A stretch of 64,000 nucleotides of DNA from an uncultured Clostridia bacterium (lineage in GTDB: Bacteria > Bacillota > Clostridia > TANB77 > CAG-508), in NCBI GenBank assembly GCA_934120135.1, contig CAKOTK010000003.1, positions 8,746 through 72,745 of the forward strand, written 5' to 3'. Position numbers and translations under genes: made by a program. Each line of letters opens with the position of its first letter. Positions within the stretch are counted from its first letter, which is position 1. Below are positions 20,030 to 29,801 of the stretch, in pieces. Below the pieces are notes generated by a model, which did not search any database, was not told the origin of the DNA, and was given only the letters and a program-made list of their open reading frames with translations.

Positions 20030-20117
20030 TATAAAAATTGTTGACCTTTTACTGAAAATATTGTATAAATAATTTGAAATAGTTTTGCAATTAATCTAAA
20101 AATGAATGAGGAATTAT

Positions 20118-20918
20118 ATGAATAAAGAGAGTAATAAAAAGTTTAATAGCTTAATTAACTATATAGAGGAAAATCTTTGTGAAGAAATTAGTTATAAAAA
20201 GCTATCTCAAATACTAGGTGTTAATGAATATACATTACATAGAATATTTTTGTTTGTAACTAATTATACTTTAGCTGATTATATTCGAAAAAGAAGATTA
20301 AGTATGGCTGCTTTAGAGTTACTTGAAGAAAAGGAAAAAATAATTGATATTGCAATAAAATATAATTATGAATCTTCACAGGCTTTTTCTAGAGCTTTTA
20401 AATCTATGATGGGATTTACCCCAAGTGAAATAAAAAACAATAGAAATAATATAAAATTCTTTTCACAATATGAATTGATAGATAATGAAGAAACAACAGA
20501 TGAGTTTCATTATCATATAGAAAAGAATGTAAAATTCAACCTATATGCTATTTTCAAAAAGACAACAATAAAAAATTGTCATAATGAAGCGCCAATATTT
20601 TGGAAAGAAAATTACAAATATATAAAAGGAAAGCCTGAATATGGACTGCTTGAATATGATAAAACTTGTAGTACAGATGAGGCGATTTATTATATAGCGT
20701 CTACAGAAAAATTTGAAAATGCAACAGAGTTAGATCTAAAACCCAGTAATTATTTAATATTCGAATATGACTATATAAATTCCACTTATTTATATGAATT
20801 TTGTAAAAAAATTTACAGAACAATTATTCCTAGCTCTGGATATGAATTAGAAGATTTACCGGATATTGAAGAATATTTACCAAACAATAAGTTGAAATTA
20901 TATATTCCTATAAAGTAA
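20118..20918 (+). CDS. AraC-family transcriptional regulator with GyrI-like effector domain
   Basis: The HTH 'YTLADYIRKRRLSMAALEL...GYESSQAFSRAFKSMMGFTPSE' is typical AraC. The C-terminal half is GyrI-like. Confidence 0.8.
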   Translation: MNKESNKKFNSLINYIEENLCEEISYKKLSQILGVNEYTLHRIFLFVTNYTLADYIRKRRLSMAALELLEEKEKIIDIAIKYNYESSQAFSRAFKSMMGFTPSEIKNNRNNIKFFSQYELIDNEETTDEFHYHIEKNVKFNLYAIFKKTTIKNCHNEAPIFWKENYKYIKGKPEYGLLEYDKTCSTDEAIYYIASTEKFENATELDLKPSNYLIFEYDYINSTYLYEFCKKIYRTIIPSSGYELEDLPDIEEYLPNNKLKLYIPIK

Positions 20919-21023
20919 AATAATTAAGTAACTTTTTTGATATTAAAAAGGTTACTTGATTTGTTTTTTTTAGAGTTACAATGTATAATATAAACTTATT
21001 TGAATTTGATAGGAGGATATGAG

Positions 21024-22007
21024 ATGAATGAATATTTAACTCGTGAAATCTGGAAAATGCGGAGGAATATTAGAACAGAAAAAGGGAACCCTAAAGTTTC
21101 ACTTGTCAACGTAGAAGGAAGAATTTATCAATTACTTTTTCTTTCATGTGGATGCGAAAATGCCTGTACGTTTTGCAACTACGGTTTTGATTACGCTCTT
21201 ACCTTAGAAACGGTTCTGCCCGAACTTGAGAAAATAAAATTTGAGGGTTTAGACATATTTGAGCTGGAACTCGAAGCCAACGGTTCTTTTCTTTCAGAGA
21301 GAGAAATTCCTTATAACTTGTTTATTGCAATACTGCAATTTATAGCAAAGAAAGATATTCCCACAATAACAATAGAAACTCATTATAATACGATCACTGA
21401 AAGAAAACTTCAAGACATTAGACAAATACTTGGAGATGAGCAAAGAATACAAATTGAAATGGGATTAGAATCAGCAGATGAAGATGTTAGAAGAATCTAT
21501 AATAAGGACATTGATATTGATGGGTATCTTGAAACAGTTAAATTATGCGAAAAATATAGAATTGGCCTTCAGATCAATGTTCTATTAGGTGCTCCATTTT
21601 TAACTCGTCAGGAACAAATTCAAGATTGCTTAGATTCTCTTGATTTTATTTACCAAAAAATGCCAGAAGGAACATATGCAGTCTTATTCCCAATAAACAT
21701 TAAGAAAAACACAATGTTACAACACTGGCAAGACATTGGTGTTTATGACCAAATTTCGTCGTGGGAATTAGTGGAACTTTTGCATAATATTCCGGAGGAA
21801 TATTTAGATAAGTTCACAATTGCCTGGTGGGGAAATAGAGAGAATACTTTTACAAAAGGCATTATTCAGTATCCGAAAACATGTGATAAATGTAGAGATA
21901 GACTAATGAGATTCTACAGTGATTTTTATTGTAATTGGGATCCTATTTACAGAAAAAGAATACTTGATGAAATATGGAAAACAAGATGTGAATGTGATAG
22001 AAATTAG
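21024..22007 (+). CDS. radical SAM protein (possibly COG1244/TIGR01210-like), GC-enriched
   Basis: 'CENACTFC' is a CX3CX2C motif. 'aggagg' SD. A bidirectional terminator lies at 22022-22049. Confidence 0.7.
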   Translation: MNEYLTREIWKMRRNIRTEKGNPKVSLVNVEGRIYQLLFLSCGCENACTFCNYGFDYALTLETVLPELEKIKFEGLDIFELELEANGSFLSEREIPYNLFIAILQFIAKKDIPTITIETHYNTITERKLQDIRQILGDEQRIQIEMGLESADEDVRRIYNKDIDIDGYLETVKLCEKYRIGLQINVLLGAPFLTRQEQIQDCLDSLDFIYQKMPEGTYAVLFPINIKKNTMLQHWQDIGVYDQISSWELVELLHNIPEEYLDKFTIAWWGNRENTFTKGIIQYPKTCDKCRDRLMRFYSDFYCNWDPIYRKRILDEIWKTRCECDRN

Positions 22008-22056
22008 TCTTCCACAAGTATAAAGCAGGTAGTAATTACTACCTGCTTTGTACTTA

Positions 22057-22608
22057 TTAACTTAGTAATAAATCTTTTAAATCTTTTTTTATCTTAGGTG
22101 GATAATTATATACTGGATATCCAATAATAAACCCACATATTTGTTCAAAATTATCTATCTTGAGATATTCATTAATTTGGTCTTCTATATATAAAGTATC
22201 ACATAAAATACAACTACCCAAACCTAAATTTACAGCTTGTAGACTCATATTCTCTATAGCACAACCTAAGGATATATAATCTGGTTTCTTGTAATTTTCA
22301 TTTTTTGATTTAGACTTATAACTATCAGTATAAATCATTATCATTTTATTAGCTGTACGTATCTGCTCTGCTGAACCTTTTACGCTAGTTTTCTCTTTAG
22401 GATTCAATCTATCCCATTCAAAAAGCATATTCATAATATCATTTTTTTGAGTATCACTTAAAATATAAAATTTCCAAGGTTGCCTATTTCTTGCAGAAGG
22501 TGCTAGACTTCCACTTAATAAAATCTTTTCCAACTGTTTTTTAGAAACATAATCATTTGTGAACAATCTAGCAGAACGCCTATTATCAACTATTTCATCA
22601 AAATTCAT
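22057..22608 (-). CDS. nitroreductase family protein
   Basis: 'RRSARLFT...SLAPSARNRQPWKFY' is the classic nitroreductase N-terminal motif. Confidence 0.8.
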   Translation of the reverse strand: MNFDEIVDNRRSARLFTNDYVSKKQLEKILLSGSLAPSARNRQPWKFYILSDTQKNDIMNMLFEWDRLNPKEKTSVKGSAEQIRTANKMIMIYTDSYKSKSKNENYKKPDYISLGCAIENMSLQAVNLGLGSCILCDTLYIEDQINEYLKIDNFEQICGFIIGYPVYNYPPKIKKDLKDLLLS

Positions 22609-22704
22609 ATCAATACCTCATAAAAAATATTTTATAAGATTTGTAATAACAAAGAGTAATTTTATTGATATTAATTTTGTTTATATAAATTAATCAAAAA
22701 TTTA

Positions 22705-22908
22705 CTATGGTTTAATTATACTATCTAAATTAGGATTATGAATTTCTTCCCAAATTCCTAAAAACTCAATAGTATTTCTGTTTCTTAACCAATCTGAAAC
22801 AAAAAAATCACCATCTTTAGACTTTAACATATCAGTAATAGATATATAATCCTCGTTTTCGATTTTTATATATGATATTTTTTGATCTAAAACACTTAAT
22901 TCTGCCAT
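22705..22908 (-). pseudogene. truncated KilA-N domain protein fragment (67 aa)
   Basis: 'YISITDMLKSKDGDFFVSDWLRNRNTIEFLGIWEEIHNPN' resembles KilA-N N-termini, which are normally about 250 aa. It stops abruptly. Confidence 0.55.
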
Positions 22909-22988
22909 ATTTTAACCTCCTCTTTCAAATAATTCAGCGATTATTTTAAACATTATATCAAACAAACGAAAAAATATTTACCATAAAA

Positions 22989-23017
22989 TTTGCAATATTA
23001 TGTAAAATATAGTATAA
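22989..23017 (+). promoter_or_regulatory. sigma-A type promoter for orphan B
   Basis: 'ttgcaa'-17-'tataat'. The spacer 'tattatgtaaaatatag' resembles the A/C module promoter. Confidence 0.5.
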
Positions 23018-23090
23018 TAAAAAAGTATTATCGAAAAGATACAATCTGAAACAGGAAATCTAACGTTTGAACATTTAAGGAGGGCAAATT

Positions 23091-23666
23091 ATGAGTTACG
23101 ATTCACAGTTAGAAGGTATGTTAGCAGTGGCTATTGCTATGGGGTCTAGAAATGCAGCCAAAGGACTCGAAACGGTTCAGAATGATGAACAGAGCAGAGT
23201 AAAAAATTCAAGCAGACTGCCTCGAGATATGAGTCCGAATCAGGCAACTTTTGAAGCACTTGGATTTACTTTCACTGATATTGGTGATAATGTTCTGTTT
23301 GAAGCAACTTTACCTGAAGGGTGGTCAACCCTAGAAACTCCTGGCTCAAGTATTTTATGGGAAAACTTGGTTGACGATAAAGGGCGCGTACGTGGTAATT
23401 ACTGCTATAAAGGAGCATTCTATGATCGATCTGGTCATATGAGTCTGTTTTGCAGGTATCACGCAACCTATCAGCATACTGATCCTGATAACTATGACAG
23501 TCCCATAAATGTTGTTGTTACAGACGCAGATGGTTCTGTTATCTTTAATGCTGGTCAGTGCCAAAAAGTTTATTCAAAAGACTATGATAAGCTTGTAGCA
23601 AAAACTGAGGAGTACCTTAAGTCTAACTATCCTGAGTGGGAAGATGTTACGAAATACTGGGACTAA
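23091..23666 (+). CDS. orphan protein B (191 aa), GC-enriched, no recognisable family
   Basis: 'ttaaggaggg' SD, own promoter and a strong terminator at 23696-23741. Confidence 0.6.
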   Translation: MSYDSQLEGMLAVAIAMGSRNAAKGLETVQNDEQSRVKNSSRLPRDMSPNQATFEALGFTFTDIGDNVLFEATLPEGWSTLETPGSSILWENLVDDKGRVRGNYCYKGAFYDRSGHMSLFCRYHATYQHTDPDNYDSPINVVVTDADGSVIFNAGQCQKVYSKDYDKLVAKTEEYLKSNYPEWEDVTKYWD

Positions 23667-23735
23667 CTAGTCTCTCCTTGTAACCTTTCTATCTAAAAAC
23701 TACCACCACCAATTGAAAAACTGGTGGTGGTTAGT

Positions 23736-23830
23736 TTTTTATGTGATAATATATAATTTCAAGACAATGTAAACTAAGCATTGTCTTTCTCGATTTTATA
23801 CATTAATTTTGCGTATATGGGGGCAAAAAT
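23736..23830. repeat. 95-bp perfect direct repeat, copy 2 (overlaps the genuine 3' end of the transporter gene)
   Basis: Identical to 19935-20029. Positions 23774-23830 encode ...IFAPIYAKLMYKIEKDNA* on the minus strand. Confidence 0.9.
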
Positions 23831-25000
23831 AGCAACAACTACAAGTAAAACTTTAAATATAATTAGGTTATTAAATATTCCTGCAATTAGCATTAGAAGG
23901 TATCCTAAAACTCTACCAATTGCTATGTATATTTCTACAAACGCCAAATATTCTATTTTCCATTTTTCTATATTACATTCATTTACTAAATTGCCTTTTT
24001 TAGTATTATAAATTACATTTAGAATTACTATAGTAACAGTATATAAAAAGTTATATATTATTAGAGTAGTTTTATTAATATCAAATATTAATCCTATAAC
24101 ACTGATTAATATCAATGATGCACAGGAGTATAAAACAAACTTTGAATTTTTTGAAGTATAATATTTTTTATATAAGTATAATGACAGCATTGAACACAAA
24201 TAGAATATACTTGTTAATACTCCGAGATTAAGAGATGTTTTAAATGTCATAATAGTTATTATTACCACCAAAGTTCCTGTTGAGCTTTCAACAACACCAA
24301 AAGCAACCATTGATTTTACAAATGTCTTTATTTTGGTTTTAGATTCTTTATCTAAACTTTTTATAAAGTTACTAATACTATATTTCTCAATTTTTTCGTT
24401 TTTGAATTTAACATCGTTTGTAATCTTTAAAGATGCTATAATTTGAATCAATGATATTACGAAAACATATATTGCTATTTTACTAAATGAAGATAGCTCT
24501 ATTGAAGCACCTAAAATAATAGGAACGATTATTTCTATTATTCTACTAAAAATTGTTTCCAAAGAATTGTAATCTTTTCTATTTGCATTTGTTGTCACAT
24601 TGATTAAAAGTATTTCATGTGCCGTCCAATAAAAAGCTTCAGCAATTGCATATAAAATTGCAATTAAAGGAAAATATGTAGCTATTTTTTCCTTTAGTAC
24701 TACAATAAGTAGAATAAATAGTGCTCTTAAAAATGTTCCAAAGGATAAGAGCTTTGTCATATGTTGAGGATTATTCTTTACAAAATTTCCAAGTAATAAG
24801 CTTACTAGGCAAAGCAAAGAATATATAATCATATAAAATATAGAAACTTGAACTATACTCTCATTAGTTATTTCTAGAAAATATGCAACTAGAAAAGTAT
24901 TTACAAATATTCCGGTTGTTGAATACATTAAATCACAAATTAGTAAAAATTTAGAGTCTTTGCTAAATTTATTTTTACCTACTAACTTTAAATTTTCCAT
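23774..25000 (-). CDS. MFS-type polytopic membrane transporter
   Basis: About 12 predicted TM helices. ATG 25000 has an 'aaggtg' SD. Confidence 0.65.
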   Translation of the reverse strand: MENLKLVGKNKFSKDSKFLLICDLMYSTTGIFVNTFLVAYFLEITNESIVQVSIFYMIIYSLLCLVSLLLGNFVKNNPQHMTKLLSFGTFLRALFILLIVVLKEKIATYFPLIAILYAIAEAFYWTAHEILLINVTTNANRKDYNSLETIFSRIIEIIVPIILGASIELSSFSKIAIYVFVISLIQIIASLKITNDVKFKNEKIEKYSISNFIKSLDKESKTKIKTFVKSMVAFGVVESSTGTLVVIITIMTFKTSLNLGVLTSIFYLCSMLSLYLYKKYYTSKNSKFVLYSCASLILISVIGLIFDINKTTLIIYNFLYTVTIVILNVIYNTKKGNLVNECNIEKWKIEYLAFVEIYIAIGRVLGYLLMLIAGIFNNLIIFKVLLVVVAIFAPIYAKLMYKIEKDNA

Positions 25001-25145
25001 TTTTATCACCTTTTATTTACTATATATCGAATTTGAATATGACAAAATTATACTATAATTAACATATTTTTCATATACTTTTTGTAGAGAAATTAACAAT
25101 ATTATGGAACGGCAATAATGAAAAATGGCAACATATTAACAGCTG

Positions 25146-25252
25146 TTGCAAAATTATGTAAATAATGATATAATAGTTCATATTATTCGTAGCTATGCGA
25201 ACTATAATAAAATAGCCAAGTGGCAAATTCTCAAAAACAATTGTTAGGAGGA
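25146..25252 (+). promoter_or_regulatory. promoter + conserved 5' leader module, copy 2 (drives DUF1737-like ORF)
   Basis: Same 'ttgcaaaattatgtaaata.tgatataat', hairpin, 'aacaattgtt' and 'aggagg' as 19385-19493. Confidence 0.55.
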
Positions 25253-25258
25253 TGAAAA

Positions 25259-25426
25259 ATGCAGTACCAAGTTGTTATTGACAAGGCTTTAATACTACCT
25301 GCCGCAGTAGAAAGACTGGAGATGAATGTGCAAAAAATGTGCGATGAAGGTTGGCAACCTCAGGGAAGTATCTATATATTCAACGATGGAAAATATATTT
25401 GTGTCTGTCAGGCAATGGTAAAATAA
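25259..25426 (+). CDS. DUF1737-like small protein (55 aa), GC-enriched
   Basis: Hand-translated as MQYQVVIDKALILPAAVERLEMNVQKMCDEGWQPQGSIYIFNDGKYICVCQAMVK. SD lies 7 nt upstream and a terminator at about 25441-25480. Below the ORF-track cutoff. Confidence 0.5.
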   Translation: MQYQVVIDKALILPAAVERLEMNVQKMCDEGWQPQGSIYIFNDGKYICVCQAMVK

Positions 25427-25589
25427 CTGCAAAATGAAAAAAGAGAAGGTATAGAAAATTATTTCTATATCTTCTCTTTTTGTAGAGAAATTAACATATT
25501 ATGAAGCCGTGAAAAGTAATAAAAGGTTGCCATTTTTTGCAAATTATGGTACAATATAAAAGGATTTAAACAAAAGAGAGGTTGATTTT

Positions 25590-26495
25590 ATGGGATTTTT
25601 TGATAAATTAAAAAATGGTTTGAGTAAAACCAAAAATTCATTTGATGAAAAGATAAATAATGTATTTAGTAATTTTAGAAAAGTAGATGAAGAACTTTTA
25701 GAAGAATTAGAAGAAGCTCTAATAATGTCAGATGTAGGAGCACAAACATCTACGAAAATTATTTCTAATTTAAGAGATAGAATAAAAAAAGAGAAAATTG
25801 AAAATGAAGAAGATGTAAGAAATGCACTAAGAGAAGAAATAAAAGCTATTTTAGATGAAGTTGATAATGGTTTAAAATTAGCAACTCATCCTTCTGTTAT
25901 TTTAGTAGTAGGAGTAAATGGAGTTGGCAAAACCACTTCTATAGGTAAAATAGCTAATCGTTTAAAACAAGATGGTAAAAAGGTAGTAATTGCTGCAGCA
26001 GATACATTTAGAGCAGCAGCAGTAGAACAATTAGAAATATGGGCTAACAGAGCCAGTTGCGATATAGTAAAAAAAGAAGAAGGTACAGACCCTGCGTCAG
26101 TTGTTTTTGATGCAATTCAAATAACTAAACAAAAGAATGCAGATGTTTTGATATGTGATACAGCTGGAAGATTACACAATAAAAAATATTTGATGGACGA
26201 GCTTGTAAAAATAAAAAAGGTAATAGATAAAGAACTACCAGAAAGTTCAAAAGAAGTTTTGATGGTTCTTGATGCAACAACAGGGCAAAATGCTATTTCA
26301 CAAGTAAAAGCATTTAAAGAAACAGTTGATATAAATGGTTTGATATTAACTAAACTAGATGGAACAGCTAAAGGTGGAGTTGTAGTTGGCATAGTTGCAG
26401 AAAATCAAATGCCAGTTAAATTTGTTGGTGTAGGCGAACAAATTGACGATATGGAAATTTTTAATAGTACAGACTTTGTAAATGCTTTAATTTAA
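25590..26495 (+). CDS. ftsY: signal recognition particle receptor FtsY
   Basis: 'VILVVGVNGVGKTTSIGKIA', 'DTAGRLHNK' and 'LTKLDGTAKGG' are the SRP GTPase motifs. Confidence 0.95.
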   Translation: MGFFDKLKNGLSKTKNSFDEKINNVFSNFRKVDEELLEELEEALIMSDVGAQTSTKIISNLRDRIKKEKIENEEDVRNALREEIKAILDEVDNGLKLATHPSVILVVGVNGVGKTTSIGKIANRLKQDGKKVVIAAADTFRAAAVEQLEIWANRASCDIVKKEEGTDPASVVFDAIQITKQKNADVLICDTAGRLHNKKYLMDELVKIKKVIDKELPESSKEVLMVLDATTGQNAISQVKAFKETVDINGLILTKLDGTAKGGVVVGIVAENQMPVKFVGVGEQIDDMEIFNSTDFVNALI

Positions 26496-26506
26496 TGGAG
26501 GTTTAA

Positions 26507-29326
26507 ATGGAAGAACAAGTAAAAACAAATGCAACAGAAGATAAAAACATTCATAAAAAAATTAGCAAAACTAAAAAATGGGTGGTCTTAATATTTCTTG
26601 CTTTAGTGTTATTAGTTACATATGTGAATTATAGAGGAGAGTATTTAGAAATATTAGAATTAGGAGAAAACTACTTAAGCATATTTTGGCAAAATTCAAC
26701 TAATTACCTAATTACGTTTGTAGTTAATTTTATAGTAATTTATTTACTTATTCGAATTACAAACAGAAGAATAAAAAAAGGTTTAGTACCATTTTTTGAA
26801 AAAGAAAACAAAACAATGCCTAAAATGCCTAATAAATCAATTGCATTTATTGGTGCTATAATCGTTAGTTTTGTAATAAGTGGAACAGTACTTGAAAAAT
26901 TTATGTTATGTATCAATGCTACTAACTTCGGAGTTACAGATGTTGTACTAGGATATGATATAGGATATTTTATCTTTGTACAACCATTAATACAATATGT
27001 ATTATATTATATTGTATATGCTATAGTTGGTTTAACAGCATATGCTGTGTTATATTATATTGCAGTATTCAATTTATGCTTTGAAGGAGTGGACAGAGAA
27101 GTATTAAGTAAAGGAACATTATTAAAACAATTATGCACAAATATAATGTTTGCTGCTATATTTATAGCTATGATTATATTTGTAGAAACACAAAATGTTG
27201 GACTTCAAAAGATTTTAACTCTTCAAAACGGTGAAGAACCATATGTACTTTGGGGAGCAGGAATTTCTGAGGTTACTATTAAATTATGGGGATATAGAAT
27301 ATTAGCAGTATTAGTAATTATTTCTATTGCAATGGGAATACACTATTTAAAGAAAAAATCAACTAAAAAAACTATAATTTCTTTAGCAATAGTTCCAACA
27401 TATTTAATAGCAATGCTTATAGTTTTAGTTGGATTTAACACAATTTTTGTTAATCCAAATGAATTAGATAAACAACAAAACTATATCAAAGCTAATATAG
27501 ATGCAACTAAACAAGCTTATGGAATTAATATAGAAGAAGTTAATTTGTCCGGAAATGAAACAATAACATCAGAAATTATACAACAAAATAAAAATGTAAT
27601 AGACAACATAGCGTTAATAAATAAAGATATTGTTTTGAAAAATTTAAATATAGTTCAAACTAGCAAGGGATATTATACATATAATTCAGTACATCCCGCT
27701 ACATATAATGTAAATGGTGAGCAATCATTAGTATATGTTGCTCCAAGAGAAATTTCAAATTCATCAAGTACATATAACCATAAAACATATGAATATACTC
27801 ATGGTTATGGAACAATTATTACTTCTGCAACGTCAACAGACAAAACTGGAAATGTAGAATATTTACAAAAAGATTTTAATTCAAATGAAGTAGTAAGCAT
27901 ATCTCAACCACGAATATATTTTGGATTAGAAACAAATTATACAGCTGTAACTAATAGCAACAAAGTTGAATTTGATTATCCTATTACAAGTTCAACAAAA
28001 GCTGAAAATGAAGAAAATGTATATGATGGACAAGCAGGACTTTCTTTAAATTTCTTTGATAGATTAATTTTAGCAATAAAAGAAAATGACTTACAATTAG
28101 CATTTTCAAATAAAGTAAATTCAGAAAGCAAAATATTGATAAATCGTAACATTATAAAAAGAGCAAAAACTTTAATGCCATATGTTTCATATGACGAAAA
28201 TCCATATTTAGTAAATACAAACGAAGGAAAATTAGTATGGGTAATAGATGGTTATACCATATCTGAATGTTATCCATATTCTCAAAAATTAACCTTGGAA
28301 GATGGAATTATAAATAAAAAGCAAATAAATTACATTAGAAATTCTGTTAAAGTTTTAGTAGATGCATATGATGGCACTGTTAAATTTTATATTACAGATA
28401 GAAATGATCCAATAATTATGGCATATCAAAAAATGTATAAAGATTTATTTGTAGATAAAGATGAAACAATACCAGAGGACATTAGCAAACAATTTATATA
28501 TCCTGAATATTTATATAAAATACAAGCAGAAATAATGAAGAGATACCATAATATTCAAACTGATGTATTATATCGTGGAGACGATATTTGGGAAATAGCA
28601 ACACGTAATACAACAAAGTTATTAAACAAATCGGGAATTGAAATAGAGCCTTATTATACAATAGTAAAAACTGTAGATAACCAGAATACTACACTAGGAC
28701 TAGTTTTACCATACACACCATATAATAAGCAAAATTTAACATCATATCTAATTGGAAGCTATGAAAACGGACAAGCAAAACTTTCTTTATATAGATACCC
28801 TTCTGATAGTAACGTTTTAGGCACAATTCAATTAGATACACAAATAGAACAAGACGAAACTATATCTAAAGAATTAGAAACTTTAAATATAACAGGAACT
28901 AAAGTTATTAGAGATATGGTAGTTGTTCCTATAAACAATACTTTATTATATGTAGAACCAATTTATCAACAATATATGAATGAAGAAAATTCTACTCCAA
29001 TATTAAAGAAAGTTATAGTTGCATCAGGAAATAAAGTAGCTATTGGAAATGATATTACAGAAGCATTAAGAAATCTTGTTTCTCAATCTGCTGTTGATAT
29101 TGAAGTTGAAGATACTGAAACTATTGAAGGCTTAATACAAGCTATAATAAAAGCAAATAACAATTTAAAACAGTCTAATAGTAACAATAATTGGGAAATG
29201 GCTGGAAAAGATATGACGAGATTACAAGCACTTATTACTAAATTAGAAAAACTACAAAAGCAAAACCAAAAGGTGCAGACTAGTAATCCTGTAGAAATTT
29301 TAACAAATCAAGAAAATAATGAATAA
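26507..29326 (+). CDS. UPF0182 family large membrane protein
   Basis: 939 aa, with an N-terminal polytopic region and a large extracytoplasmic domain. Size and architecture are typical of UPF0182 (COG1615). Confidence 0.75.
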   Translation: MEEQVKTNATEDKNIHKKISKTKKWVVLIFLALVLLVTYVNYRGEYLEILELGENYLSIFWQNSTNYLITFVVNFIVIYLLIRITNRRIKKGLVPFFEKENKTMPKMPNKSIAFIGAIIVSFVISGTVLEKFMLCINATNFGVTDVVLGYDIGYFIFVQPLIQYVLYYIVYAIVGLTAYAVLYYIAVFNLCFEGVDREVLSKGTLLKQLCTNIMFAAIFIAMIIFVETQNVGLQKILTLQNGEEPYVLWGAGISEVTIKLWGYRILAVLVIISIAMGIHYLKKKSTKKTIISLAIVPTYLIAMLIVLVGFNTIFVNPNELDKQQNYIKANIDATKQAYGINIEEVNLSGNETITSEIIQQNKNVIDNIALINKDIVLKNLNIVQTSKGYYTYNSVHPATYNVNGEQSLVYVAPREISNSSSTYNHKTYEYTHGYGTIITSATSTDKTGNVEYLQKDFNSNEVVSISQPRIYFGLETNYTAVTNSNKVEFDYPITSSTKAENEENVYDGQAGLSLNFFDRLILAIKENDLQLAFSNKVNSESKILINRNIIKRAKTLMPYVSYDENPYLVNTNEGKLVWVIDGYTISECYPYSQKLTLEDGIINKKQINYIRNSVKVLVDAYDGTVKFYITDRNDPIIMAYQKMYKDLFVDKDETIPEDISKQFIYPEYLYKIQAEIMKRYHNIQTDVLYRGDDIWEIATRNTTKLLNKSGIEIEPYYTIVKTVDNQNTTLGLVLPYTPYNKQNLTSYLIGSYENGQAKLSLYRYPSDSNVLGTIQLDTQIEQDETISKELETLNITGTKVIRDMVVVPINNTLLYVEPIYQQYMNEENSTPILKKVIVASGNKVAIGNDITEALRNLVSQSAVDIEVEDTETIEGLIQAIIKANNNLKQSNSNNNWEMAGKDMTRLQALITKLEKLQKQNQKVQTSNPVEILTNQENNE

Positions 29327-29357
29327 AAAGTAATAAAATCTTCCATCATTAATATAG

Positions 29358-29657
29358 ATGGAGGATTTTATTTTGGATAAAGATAAATTAGAAAAAAAAT
29401 TAAATAATAACCTAGAAAAATTAAATTATTCTTTGGAAAAAAGCAACATATTTGATTTAATGGAACTGTTGGGAAGTAAAAGAAAATTGTTTGTTAGGAA
29501 CTTTATTTCTGGAATTTCAAAGGGAATAGGGATAGGTATAGGCTTTACAGTATTAACTGCAATTTTAATAATAATTCTTCAAAAAATTGTGACTCTTAAT
29601 ATTCCAGTTATTGGAGATTATATAGCAGATATTGTGGACATTGTGCAGTCAAAATAA
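29358..29657 (+). CDS. small membrane protein (DUF5665-like)
   Basis: 'FVRNFISGISKGIGIGIGFTVLTAILIIILQKIV'. The true start may be TTG 29373, 7 nt after 'ggagga'. Confidence 0.5.
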   Translation: MEDFILDKDKLEKKLNNNLEKLNYSLEKSNIFDLMELLGSKRKLFVRNFISGISKGIGIGIGFTVLTAILIIILQKIVTLNIPVIGDYIADIVDIVQSK

Positions 29658-29801
29658 ATTATATTTTCCCTCAAAACTACTTGACAGTTTACAATAATCA
29701 ATATAAAATAGTAGTGTAGGAAAATATATTTTAATAAAATTTTTATAATTAGTTATATATATTTAGTACATTGAAAATTTAATAGAAAGAGGTGTAAGAT
29801 T

